Assembly: GCA_037200545.1 (NCBI GenBank)
Contig: JBBCGE010000004.1
Span: 310,970-374,969 of the forward strand
DNA: 64,000 bases
Direction of reading: 5' to 3'
Source: Limisphaerales bacterium
GTDB lineage: Bacteria > Verrucomicrobiota > Verrucomicrobiia > Limisphaerales > UBA11358
This document shows positions 28,781 to 38,039 of the stretch, piece after piece. The translations under genes were made by a program, and so were the position numbers. Under the pieces are notes generated by a model that worked only from the letters and a program-made list of their open reading frames with translations, searched no databases and was not told the DNA's origin. Numbering within the stretch: the stretch's first letter is position 1; the number at the start of each line of letters is the position of its first letter.

Positions 28781-29884
28781 ATGTATATCTACGAGCGCAA
28801 AGAATGGCCGGAATTTAAGTGGGACCAGACAAAACTGGCTTCCCTGCTTGCCGATGTGCGCCATTTGCAGGGGCGTTTGCTTGGCCGCATGGAAGCCTTG
28901 GGTTTTCAACTCCGCGAGGAAGCCACGCTGCAAACCCTCACTCAGGACGTTGTTAAAACCAGCGAGATCGAGGGCGAAAAGCTGGACGCGCAACAAGTGC
29001 GGTCGTCTCTCGCCAGACGCATGGGAATGGACATTGGCGCGTTGCCGCCGATTGACCGCAATGTTGAGGGGATTGTGGAAATCATGCTCGATGCCACACG
29101 CAAATACGATACGCCTTTGACACAGGAGCGATTGTTTTCCTGGCACGCGGCACTGTTTCCGACGGGCCGCAGTGGAATGCGCCGTATTGTCGTTGGCGGA
29201 TGGCGAACAAAAGACAGCGGCGATATGCAGGTGGTTTCCGGCCCCATCGGCCATGAGACGGTTCACTATGAAGCGCCAAGCCATGATTTGCTTAAGAAAG
29301 AGATGGTCTCCTTTATCAAGTGGTGCAACGCCTCATCGGATATTGATCCGGTCTTGAAATCGGCGCTGGCTCATTTTTGGTTTGTCACCATCCATCCCTT
29401 TGAAGATGGCAACGGGCGCATTGCGCGTGCGATTGCTGATTTGATGCTGGCACGATCTGAAAAAACGGCGCAACGCTTTTACAGTATGTCGTCGCAAATT
29501 CAGCGCGAACGCAACGACTATTACCTCATTTTGGAGCGTTGCCAAAAGGCAGCGCTGGACATCACGCAATGGATGGAATGGTATTTGAACTGCCTCAAAC
29601 ACGCCATTGGTGGATCAGAACAAATCCTCGCCACGGTCATGGCCAAGGCGAATTTCTGGAAAACCCATGCAGGCGAATCTTTCAATGAGCGTCAGCGCAA
29701 AGTCATCAATCGGTTGCTGGACGGCTTTGAGGGAAAACTGACCTCCTCAAAATGGGCGAAGCTTGCGAAATGTTCACAGGACACTGCGCTGCGTGATATT
29801 AGTGATCTGCTCGACCGCAAAATCCTGGCAAAGGAAGAAGCGGGCGGACGCAGCACGAGTTACGAACTGCGCTTGCCAAAATGA
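28781..29884 (+). CDS. Fic-family protein with DUF4172 N-terminus and C-terminal HTH
   Basis: WPEFKW, HPFEDGNGRIAR, SQDTALRDI, GGRSTSY. Confidence 0.92.
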   Translation: MYIYERKEWPEFKWDQTKLASLLADVRHLQGRLLGRMEALGFQLREEATLQTLTQDVVKTSEIEGEKLDAQQVRSSLARRMGMDIGALPPIDRNVEGIVEIMLDATRKYDTPLTQERLFSWHAALFPTGRSGMRRIVVGGWRTKDSGDMQVVSGPIGHETVHYEAPSHDLLKKEMVSFIKWCNASSDIDPVLKSALAHFWFVTIHPFEDGNGRIARAIADLMLARSEKTAQRFYSMSSQIQRERNDYYLILERCQKAALDITQWMEWYLNCLKHAIGGSEQILATVMAKANFWKTHAGESFNERQRKVINRLLDGFEGKLTSSKWAKLAKCSQDTALRDISDLLDRKILAKEEAGGRSTSYELRLPK

Positions 29885-29984
29885 ACGATTCGATTGCCAT
29901 TTGCGCGAATTTTTGTTACCATTTTTGAAGTGAAATTTGGGCGTGTGATTCCGAAAAGTTCAATCGAACCCGCTCCAAAAACAC

Positions 29985-30241
29985 GGGGGTATTTTTGGGG
30001 GTAGCCAAAAAATCCACAGTGGAAAAAATCTTTTGATTACAAGCTGTTGTTTCTTCACTGTGATTCCTGTCACCTCCACCATTTTCTTGTCCGTTCTCGT
30101 CCGCAAAAATCCGGGAAAGCCGCAGTGAGAGCGGCTTTCAAATAGGATTCGTCCGTTATCGTCCGGCATCCGTCCGTTGACATTTGGGGGTATCTGGGGG
30201 TATGATTGGGGGTACTTTTCCACTGCTCAGGAGATACCCCC
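29985..30241 (+). other. attP-like junction: GGGGGTA arm repeats on both sides of a tmRNA/tRNA-Ala-like 3'-end core (30062-30081)
   Basis: GGGGGTA at 29985, 29997, 30186, 30196, 30208; inverted copy at 30235; core gattcctgtcacctccacca. Confidence 0.65.
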
Positions 30242-30243
30242 AG

Positions 30244-31504
30244 ATGCCTCTTTCGGATGTGATGATCCGCAATGCCAAACCCAAGGGAAAGCCTTACAAA
30301 CTGGCGGATTCGCGACGGTCTTTACCTTCTCGTAAACCCCAATGGCGGCAAATACTGGCGCTATAAATACCGCTACGCGGGCAAGGAAAGGCTGCTATCG
30401 CTAGGCGGCTACCCCGATTTGGGGTTGGGAGACGCCAGGGAGAAGCTTGGGGCGGCGCGAAAGCTCTTGGCATCGGGAGAGGACCCCGGACACGCCAAGC
30501 GGGAGGCTAAACGGCAACTCCTGCTCAAAAGCGGGAATACCTTTGAGGCCGTCACGAAGGAATGGCACAAGGGCCGACTTCACTATTGGTCGCCGACGCA
30601 CGCCAAGAAAATCATGAATAGCTTTGAGGCGGATGTGTTTCCCCGTATCGGTTCAAGGCCGATTGCCAATATTACCGCCGCTGACTTGCTTTCGATGCTG
30701 CGAAAGATCGAGGGAAGGGGCGCACATGAGACGGCGCACCGCGTATCCCAGAACTGCGGCAAAGTATTCAGTTATGCCGTCGTCACGCAGCGGGTGGAAC
30801 ACAACCCCGTGCCAGACCTGCGCGGGGCGTTGGTGCCAGTTCAAAAAACGCACAATGCGTATTTGAAGGAAGATGAGCTTCCCGAATATTTGCAAAGGCT
30901 CGCAGTTTACGACGGCGGCAAGCAAACCATGTTGGCCTTGAAACTCTTGCTGCTGACTTTCGTACGAACCAATGAGTTGCGGGGCGCACGTTGGAGCGAA
31001 ATCAACTGGAATAAGGCGGAATGGCGGATTCCCGCCGAGCGCATGAAGATGCGCGAGCCGCACATTGTCCCACTGTCCAAGCAAGCAATGGCGACGTTGC
31101 GAGAATTAAGCGGTATCAGCGGCGAATGGGAATTTGTATTTCCAAACCAACAAAAGCCTTCGGGTTGCATGAGCGAGAACACGCTTCTGTATGCCCTTTA
31201 TCGCATGGGGTATCACACGCGGGCGACAGGTCACGGCTTTAGAAGCACCGCCAGCACCATTCTTAATGAACATGGATTTCCGCCAGATGTGATCGAACGC
31301 CAATTGGCTCACTGCGAGCGTAATCAGGTGAGGGCTGCTTACAACCACGCGCAATATCTGCCCGAACGCCGGAAGATGATGCAATGGTGGGCTGATTTTC
31401 TGGACGGCCCTTGCCCCAAAAGGCAAGCGGGCATAATCAGAACCGATTTACCGTCTCCATTTTCCTCGTTTGCCGCCATTGACGGGAACCGTGAGCGTGT
31501 TTAG
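30244..31504 (+). CDS. P4-like integrase (arm-binding domain plus tyrosine recombinase), frameshifted near 30310
   Basis: MPLSD..IRNAKPKGKPYKLAD / DGLYLLV; FVRTNEL, HGFR, QLAH, AYN. Confidence 0.88.
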
Positions 31505-31660
31505 CCGATGACGCGTGAGCGTCCAAGGCTGCTTGCTTCCGCTCTGCGTTTGTGCAACTTCGCCCCGCTTCGCGGCAATGGGCCTTTCCCGTTCCGCATT
31601 GAATCGGCTTTGGCCTCGTCACGTTCCGCCAATAAAGGCGGGCGAAAACGAGGAGAAAAT

Positions 31661-31756
31661 ATGACTTTTATCAATTTCGTGCTTCTGATTAACGCGCTCG
31701 CGCAATTCTTCGCGTCGCTTGGAAAATTCGTCGAAGTAATCCGGCATCGAAAGTGA
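31661..31756 (+). CDS. 31-aa hydrophobic peptide with basic C-terminus
   Basis: Strong RBS GAGGAG 5 nt before ATG; MTFINFVLLINALAQFFASLGKFVEVIRHRK. Confidence 0.45.
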   Translation: MTFINFVLLINALAQFFASLGKFVEVIRHRK

Positions 31757-31990
31757 TGCCGGGCTACTCACGGTCTGGTTTCCGGCGGTTTGGGTTGCCC
31801 GATCTTTGGTGGCGAGGCTTGTTTGCGCCCTTGGATTTTTGCTCAAGTTCCCATTCCTCGCGGACGCTGGTTCGCACCGTCTCACAGGCTATGTTCGGGA
31901 ATAGGGCGTTGCTTTGCGTGTCCAGAGCGGATGCGTTGCCCCAATTTCTTTAGGGGCAGCGTCGGCGTCTGTGTTTTCGCGTGGCATGGG

Positions 31991-32577
31991 TCAGGCAACA
32001 AGGGCGCGGGCTGCATCAAGGGCAGCGCCCGATTTCATTCTCACGGCATCGTAGTTCAGATTCTGTTCCTCGGCAATCTCGCCATAGGCGAGGCCGAAAA
32101 CGTAATGCTTCCACAGGTAATCATAACACTCCGGCTTGGAACTGGTGAGCAAATTCATGGCGTATTCCAAGTCCAGCTTGTCGGCAGGCGACAGCGCGGC
32201 GTCTTGCATTTCCGCCAGTTGCCAGAGTTCTTCCGGTGGTGTCGCTCCGCCCGGTCGCTGATTTGTTTTCGTAGATGGTCGTTAATCTTGTTGCGGGCGA
32301 TGCGGTAACACCACGCCCAAAATACTTCGTGGGTGTCGCCTTCAAATTTCTTCAAGCTGACGGTGACGGCTTTGAGCACTTCCTGCAACACGTCTTCACC
32401 GGCTGGCAGGCTGACAGCGCCGAATACAAAAAAGCGCAAGTCCGGCTCGATCTGCCGGAAGATTTCTTCCGCCAGCCGCAACCGTTCTGCCAGCCCTGCC
32501 GTTACGCGGTAGGTGCGGACAAGTTTTATCAACTCTGCCACCGTGGATATGAAAGCCAAAACGAGCGCTTCATCCAT
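31991..32577 (-). CDS. ECF sigma-like protein, frameshifted near 32243
   Basis: EDVLQEV, AWCYRIARNKINDHLR then GLAYGEIAE...AVRMK in the next frame. Confidence 0.7.
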
Positions 32578-32620
32578 CCAAATCCTGTTCGCTTTTGAGA
32601 GGCAGCGAGACTGGTGCTGT

Positions 32621-32914
32621 ATGAAAGAAGATCAGTTGCGCTTTCTCAGCCTCCTGGGGCAACTGCCTGCCCGGTTGACTGCGGAGCAGGCGGGCTGGAT
32701 TCTAAATTGCCAGGCGCATGATATTCCCGCGCTGATCCAAGCCAAGTTGCTTAAGCCGCTAGGCAATCCCGCTCCAAACGGAACAAAATTTTTCGCGACG
32801 GTTGATATTTTAGAACTGCTCAAGGATCGTTCCTGGTTGACGCGAATGACCAATGCAATCAATCAAGCATTGGCAACGGCAGAACGCTCGCAAAAAGAGC
32901 TTTTCGGGCGGTGA
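32621..32914 (+). CDS. Excisionase/HTH-like hypothetical protein (3' end probably frameshifted)
   Basis: LTAEQAGWILNC..HDIP.L...LLKPLG HTH-like pattern; divergent from sigma-like gene. Confidence 0.55.
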   Translation: MKEDQLRFLSLLGQLPARLTAEQAGWILNCQAHDIPALIQAKLLKPLGNPAPNGTKFFATVDILELLKDRSWLTRMTNAINQALATAERSQKELFGR

Positions 32915-33018
32915 GAATGGTTCTCACATTGGTCTGGTGGTTAACGGAAGGGCCTAAAAAATAACCAAGTTGTGGTAGGCGGCTTGTGCGAAGTCAGGTA
33001 ACCACCCCGGCAATAGAA

Positions 33019-33717
33019 CTAGAGCGAGACCAACTCGGCTAGCTTGGCCGCAACGTCCGCCATCGGTGCTTCCGCAGTGCTCAGGCCGCTTCGCGACCCG
33101 AGTAGGGGGCTAACTTCGCGGAGAGCTTCATACGTCGTGTTGTGCACGATGGGAACGAGCAGATCACGTGCTAGGAGTGCCGAAAGCTCTTTGTCGGCTA
33201 TTCCCTCTCCTCGGAGGCGACTCAGCAGCGCAGGGGTCACCAGCACGATCCCGACTCGCGATTTCGCTAGTCCCTTGTCAATTTCGCGAAGCAACGGCGT
33301 GCCGAGCGCAACGTCCTTCTCGCTGAACCAGACCGATACACCGCGGGACACGAGCAGATCATGAAGCTCTTTTGCGGCTCCTCCCCGGTCGTCCCATGCA
33401 TGGCAGAGAAAGATGTCCCGAGGGTCAGGCAGGGGCGCTCGCTTCTCGACACTTTCGCGGAATGGCGTGAGTGTCCGCACTTCGGCAGGCGTGTAAACCA
33501 CGGTCGAGCCTGCGCGTGACCACCTTGGCCTTGCGCTGCTACCGGACCCACCGCCACTGCTCTGGCCGCTCCCGCTATTCCCCGACGGAGAGTAGTAGGA
33601 AGGAGGCGAATACGACGAGTAGCCACTGTAGCGGCTTGAGCGCCCACGGCAGGCAGGGCAGGCTTCTGCGGCGCTCGCTGAGCGATGTCCATATACTGGT
33701 GCTGTGCACTGAGCCAT
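33019..33717 (-). CDS. TIR-domain protein with Cys/His N-terminus and Ser/Gly linker
   Basis: DIFLCHAWDD, VWFSE...G..L.REIDKGL..SRVGIVLVTP, KEL, LVPI.H. Confidence 0.85.
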   Translation of the reverse strand: MAQCTAPVYGHRSASAAEACPACRGRSSRYSGYSSYSPPSYYSPSGNSGSGQSSGGGSGSSARPRWSRAGSTVVYTPAEVRTLTPFRESVEKRAPLPDPRDIFLCHAWDDRGGAAKELHDLLVSRGVSVWFSEKDVALGTPLLREIDKGLAKSRVGIVLVTPALLSRLRGEGIADKELSALLARDLLVPIVHNTTYEALREVSPLLGSRSGLSTAEAPMADVAAKLAELVSL

Positions 33718-33791
33718 GTCGCAAATGATATCGAATACCGTCACCCCTTTCAAGCACTGGTGCAAAGTTGCGGGCAAGCCTTTTTGATAGA

Positions 33792-33848
33792 AACGTGTCC
33801 AGAGGCGGTGCCTCTGGTCGCCGGGTTTGGGGACGCGAGAGGCCCCAA
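33792..33848. repeat. Twin-hairpin element, copy 2
   Basis: aacgtgtCCAGAGGC-ggt-GCCTCTGG...TTGGGG...CCCCAA; matches 15211-15270. Confidence 0.7.
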
Positions 33849-33853
33849 CGAGC

Positions 33854-33889
33854 AAAAATGCCCCGCGCAAAAGCGGGGCATGATTTTTT
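33854..33889. terminator. Intrinsic terminator after the integrase (possibly bidirectional)
   Basis: ATGCCCCGC/GCGGGGCAT stem flanked by A and T runs. Confidence 0.6.
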
Positions 33890-33898
33890 CAGTATGCG

Positions 33899-34945
33899 TT
33901 AAGCCGCTACGGCGCTGGCAATCGGCACGATCACGCCAGCGGCGTTTGCTTCGGCCAATTTCTTTTCGTAGTCCTCAAGGGCGGGAATAAACACTTGGGC
34001 GTTTTTGGAATAGGCGCGGTGAATGGCGCGGCTGTTCTGGCCCAAGTTCTCCATTGCGAAGCGTTCCGGCATTCCTGCGCTCTTGGCGCGTTCCGCCCAA
34101 GCGTAACGGTAGCTGTGAAGCGTAATACCTTTAATCTTCAAGCGGCGGCAGGCGCGGGCAAATTCGGTTGCCCGGTGCGCCTCCCGCATGGGTTTCAGCT
34201 TTGGAAATAGCGGGCCGGTAACGGGCAGGGAGCGCAACACCTTCTCAAGTGCCTCCCCAATGCGGATGATGGAAGCGGAGCCGGTCTTGTGCCGGTGAAA
34301 GCTGACAACACGTGTGCGCCAGTCAATATCCTCGGCAGCAATCGCGGCCACGTCGGACTGTGCGCCGCCGATATGCCAGCAACATTCGTAAAACGCCCGG
34401 CGTTCCGCGTTCTGCTCGGCGGTGACAATCGCGTGATGTTCAGTCGGTGTGATGGCGCGTTTTTCCTTAAACCGGACTTTCGGCCATTGCTTCTTGGGCA
34501 GAATCGGCCAGTGAAGCCAGTTCATGTCTAGCGCGAAGTTGTGAATCCGGCGCAAGAAAACATTCGTTGCGACGGTGCCGATTTCCAAGACTTTCAGCAA
34601 GTGCATGGACTGCGTTTCCAGAATCGGCAGATTGCGGATGAGGTCAAAGGCCGGGTCTTTCATCGCGCGTTCGTGGCGGATGCGCGTCGAGCCGGCCTTG
34701 GTCTTGGTCATTTCATCCATCGGCGTCTGCCAAGTCCGCTTGGCGGTTTCCGGGTCGGTGGCCGTCAAATACGTTCGGGCAATCTGGCGGTTTAACACCG
34801 GCTGGCGAAAGGATTCGTTTTTGGCGTTTAGAAGCGTTACGGCTTCGCTTTCGTCTTTCGTCCGCAAGCTGTGCTGCTTGCGGGTCACGGTGTCCTCGCT
34901 GTAATAAACGCCCGCTCGCCGAAACATGATGAATCGAGGTTTCAT
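33899..34945 (-). CDS. Tyrosine recombinase/integrase (inner tRNA-Cys element)
   Basis: TLHSYRY...NLGQ...HRAY; 186 bp from the tRNA-Cys 3' end. Confidence 0.88.
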   Translation of the reverse strand: MKPRFIMFRRAGVYYSEDTVTRKQHSLRTKDESEAVTLLNAKNESFRQPVLNRQIARTYLTATDPETAKRTWQTPMDEMTKTKAGSTRIRHERAMKDPAFDLIRNLPILETQSMHLLKVLEIGTVATNVFLRRIHNFALDMNWLHWPILPKKQWPKVRFKEKRAITPTEHHAIVTAEQNAERRAFYECCWHIGGAQSDVAAIAAEDIDWRTRVVSFHRHKTGSASIIRIGEALEKVLRSLPVTGPLFPKLKPMREAHRATEFARACRRLKIKGITLHSYRYAWAERAKSAGMPERFAMENLGQNSRAIHRAYSKNAQVFIPALEDYEKKLAEANAAGVIVPIASAVAA

Positions 34946-35131
34946 AACTGGTTCACTGTTTTCGGTAAACCAGTCCGGCTTGCCCGCGTTTTAGGAACGC
35001 GAGTTTTGGCGAGTTTCAGCGAGTGCTGACCAGTAGCGGCGAATTGTGATTGACTCGCCGGTTTACTGACAGTTTCACTGACAGTGGCCATTCCGCCCGG
35101 CGTAACTCCTTGCTGCTCACGCAACAAAACT

Positions 35132-35205
35132 TGGAGGCGAGGGTCGGAATCGAACCGACGATGCAGCTTTTGCAGAGCCGTGCCTTACCACTTGGCTACC
35201 CCGCC
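35132..35205 (-). tRNA. tRNA-Cys(GCA)
   Basis: GGCGGGGTAGCCAAGTGGTAAGGCACGGCTCT-GCA-AAAGCTGCATCGTCGGTTCGATTCCGACCCTCGCCTCCA; cloverleaf with encoded CCA. Confidence 0.97.
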
Positions 35206-35272
35206 TTTGGGGAGACCGAGATTAAGTTTCTTTTACGAGCGGTGCAAGTTTCAATTGCGGTTTCAGTATGGT

Positions 35273-36178
35273 TCAATTGACGAATTTAGATTTTTCACCG
35301 CCTTGAATCATCAAGTCATCTACCGCCCTCGCCAAATCAACCAAGTATTCATCGCCGCGCGTGTTATCAGTCATGGCAACCAAAATATAACGGCGGTCCG
35401 GCCCGGTGATGACTGCGCTGTCGTGCAGCCAGTTTTCCCAAGATCCCCACTTGCGCAGAATCTGAAGATTGCGACCGGAAAGAGCTTTGACGAACTTGAT
35501 GTTATCAGGCGGGATGTCCGGTAAAGCGAAAATTTCCAGCATCGTTTTTGAGGCCGTTGGAGATACGAGCCTGCCTTGTTCGAGCAACAGATAAAATCGC
35601 AGCAACTGGCGCACGGTCGCAGCGTGGGAATTATCGGCAACTGGCGAACCAATGCGTTCGGTGTCCCTGCCGTAATGTTTGCCCACCCAGATGCCGCCGC
35701 CGTGTTCGGTGTCGTAAAAACGATATTCGTTGAGCACCTGCTGGATTTGTTTCAATCCGAGTTCGTGGGAAAATTTTGAAGCCATCTCGTTACTGGACGC
35801 TTTGATCATCAGACCGAGTTCATGCCGCGTCGTCGCATCTAAGTTGGTGGCGGCGGCTGGACGTAGTTGAAAATAGGCGAGCAAGATGCCGATCTTGGCG
35901 ACGCTCGCGGCATATTCCTCATGATCAGGACGGATCATCGCCAAGCGCAAATTTTTCAGATCCAACAGACCAACTGCCGTCTGGTTCGGTGTCATCCCGT
36001 ATTTGGCGCGCAACGTGGCGTCAATTTTTTCAACCTGCGATTGCAGTGCTGAATTAACCGGCGTGTTGTAATCCAATGTGTAACTTTGAAAGTTAAAATT
36101 CATCCTTGGTGTATTTGTCCTGCATCCGTCCGTCAAAAAGATTGTTACGGAAAAAACCAAAACGGCGAACCATTTCAT
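35273..36178 (-). CDS. Serine hydrolase, class A beta-lactamase-like fold (probable lipoprotein)
   Basis: ASVAK (SxxK), SSN, KWG motifs; LTDGC lipobox-like. Confidence 0.8.
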   Translation of the reverse strand: MKWFAVLVFSVTIFLTDGCRTNTPRMNFNFQSYTLDYNTPVNSALQSQVEKIDATLRAKYGMTPNQTAVGLLDLKNLRLAMIRPDHEEYAASVAKIGILLAYFQLRPAAATNLDATTRHELGLMIKASSNEMASKFSHELGLKQIQQVLNEYRFYDTEHGGGIWVGKHYGRDTERIGSPVADNSHAATVRQLLRFYLLLEQGRLVSPTASKTMLEIFALPDIPPDNIKFVKALSGRNLQILRKWGSWENWLHDSAVITGPDRRYILVAMTDNTRGDEYLVDLARAVDDLMIQGGEKSKFVN

Positions 36179-36249
36179 GCGACTTCGATTAAACTCCCGC
36201 AGTGGTTGGCGCAAGTTCCGAATCAGCGACAAGAAATTTCGTTGCACCC

Positions 36250-37383
36250 TTATTTGGAATTAAATCCCAACTTCTCCCGTTGTTTCCAAAGTTCCTGCGG
36301 TTTGAAAATTCCCACGGGCGTGATGATGCCGGTGATCAATTCCGCCGGCGTCACGTCAAAGCTTGGATTGCGCGCGCCGCTCGTGGGATTCGCCACGCGA
36401 ACATATTCACGTTTTCTCATCTTCCATCTTCCTCCTTCCATCTGCTTCCCGGTCACACCCCACGCACCCAAAACCTCGCTCTCGCTTCGCTCTTCAATCG
36501 GGATGTCGAAGCCGCGTTTCAGATTCCAGTCAATCGTCGAGATCGGAATGGCGACATAGAAGGGAATTTTGTGGCGCGCAGCCAGAACGGCCTTGGTGTA
36601 GGTGCCGATCTTGTTGGCGACTTCGCCGGTGCGGCCGAGCGTGCGGTCGCTGCCGACGATGACCAGATCAATCTCGCCGCGCTGCATCAGATGGCCCGCG
36701 GCGTTGTCGGCGATGATCTGATGCGAAATGTTTTGCTGCGCCAGTTCCCACGCGGTGAGCGTCGCGCCCTGGGAACGCGGGCGGGTTTCATCGCAGAAGA
36801 CGTGGAATTTTTTGCCCTGCGCCTGCGCGACATACATCGGCGCGGTGGCGCTGCCGATGTCCACGAACGCCAGCCAGCCGGCATTGCAATGCGTGAGAAT
36901 CTTCATGCCGTTGCGGATCAGCTTCGCGCCGTGCCGGCCGATCTCCTCACAATGTTGCACGTTTTCGCGGGCAAATTCCTCGGCGGCGGCAAGCGCGAGG
37001 AACTGGCGTTCTGCCACTGTTTGTCCGGGAGTCATGTGATGGCGAATGTCATTCATCGCGTTGACGGGATCCACGGCGGTGGGCCGCGCATTTTTCAAAA
37101 CCTGATAAACCGTCTCGACGTGAGCGGAGAATTTCTTCAAATCGTTTCCACGAAAGGCGAACGCGCCTTGCGCCAAGCCGTAAGCGGCGGTGGCACCGAT
37201 GGCTCCGGCACCGCGCACGATCATGTCGGTGATGGCGGCGGCGGTTTCCCGGAAATTTTTGGTGGCGACGATTTTAAATTCGTGCGGGAGCAGCCGCTGT
37301 TCAATGAGCAAGACAGCGTTCTGCGTTCGGTCAAAGGTGACGGTGCGGTAATGCTGGGTGCGGCCCCGGACGGTGACGTTCAT
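36250..37383 (-). CDS. mtnA: S-methyl-5-thioribose-1-phosphate isomerase
   Basis: MIVRGAGAIG, RPTAV, THCNAG, DETRP..QG, NKIGTY, NPSFDVTP. Confidence 0.95.
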   Translation of the reverse strand: MNVTVRGRTQHYRTVTFDRTQNAVLLIEQRLLPHEFKIVATKNFRETAAAITDMIVRGAGAIGATAAYGLAQGAFAFRGNDLKKFSAHVETVYQVLKNARPTAVDPVNAMNDIRHHMTPGQTVAERQFLALAAAEEFARENVQHCEEIGRHGAKLIRNGMKILTHCNAGWLAFVDIGSATAPMYVAQAQGKKFHVFCDETRPRSQGATLTAWELAQQNISHQIIADNAAGHLMQRGEIDLVIVGSDRTLGRTGEVANKIGTYTKAVLAARHKIPFYVAIPISTIDWNLKRGFDIPIEERSESEVLGAWGVTGKQMEGGRWKMRKREYVRVANPTSGARNPSFDVTPAELITGIITPVGIFKPQELWKQREKLGFNSK

Positions 37384-37392
37384 ATATCAGGT

Positions 37393-37758
37393 TTATCCCA
37401 ACGGCAAAATACGGGCACGCGCCCGGGATTCATCAAGAACGATCAACGCGCCCTTTTCCAGTTCGGATTCAAATTGTCGGAGCGCACCAGCCACAAGTTT
37501 TCCAACGGCAACCGGCGTCACATCCTGGGTGCGGATTTGAATCACACTTGGCCCTTCCGCCTGCGATAATGCCAGCATGGAGCCGAAATCCAGATCATGC
37601 GTGAAGACGACATGGCCGTTCTGCCTTGCCCAAGCCATGATTTCGGAATCGGCGGCGCGATGGTTACCGACCTTTGACCAGTGAACCGCCTCCCAGCCCG
37701 CCTGTTTGAGAACCGCCACCCATTCAGGTGAAAGATTCATGTCCACCAGCAGCTTCAT
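37393..37758 (-). CDS. DUF5615 PIN-like (VapC45-type) toxin
   Basis: MKLLVDMNLS, D.EI..WA, THDLDFG. Confidence 0.88.
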   Translation of the reverse strand: MKLLVDMNLSPEWVAVLKQAGWEAVHWSKVGNHRAADSEIMAWARQNGHVVFTHDLDFGSMLALSQAEGPSVIQIRTQDVTPVAVGKLVAGALRQFESELEKGALIVLDESRARARILPLG

Positions 37759-37985
37759 GCTGGCTGGAGCGGCATTTCAATCTCTTCCGCCCGCCACGCG
37801 GCATACTTCAACGCCTGGGTGATGTCCTCCGCTTCAAGATATGGATACAACTTCAAAATTTCCGCAACCGCATGGCCGCTGGCGACCAATCCGGTGATGG
37901 TGCCCGCCGTGACGCGCAACCCGCGGATGCAGGCCCGCCCGCCCATGACGTTCGGGTTGAAAGTAATTCGATCCAGCGCTTTCAT
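37755..37985 (-). CDS. DUF433 antitoxin
   Basis: RITFNPNVMGGRACIRGLRV...YPYLEAEDI.QAL.YAA. Confidence 0.9.
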   Translation of the reverse strand: MKALDRITFNPNVMGGRACIRGLRVTAGTITGLVASGHAVAEILKLYPYLEAEDITQALKYAAWRAEEIEMPLQPA

Positions 37986-38039
37986 GGCCGCAAGATAACA
38001 CAGCCCAATCCTGACCGGCAAGTTGTGAAACACTGAATG

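Larger units (their letters stand above)
14171..35152. mobile_element. Integrative mobilizable element (~21 kb) in tRNA-Cys
   Basis: 21-bp direct repeats, integrase beside the tRNA, MobA/MobL relaxase, T4CP, RadC, TA pair; no VirB-type mating-pair genes seen. Confidence 0.88.

Noticed and set aside
30062-30081. A tRNA or tmRNA gene
   Set aside because: Only a 3'-end fragment; no 5' acceptor strand or cloverleaf upstream.
33019-33870. Complete Thoeris or CBASS system around the TIR gene
   Set aside because: No SIR2/Macro ThsA, cyclase or other partner adjacent.
14171-35152. Prophage or self-transmissible ICE
   Set aside because: No capsid, terminase or tail genes and no VirB4/mating-pair genes; best described as a mobilizable element.
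35273-36178. Bona fide antibiotic-resistance beta-lactamase
   Set aside because: Has SxxK/SxN/KxG but no recognisable class A omega-loop ExxLN; only a fold-level call is supported.
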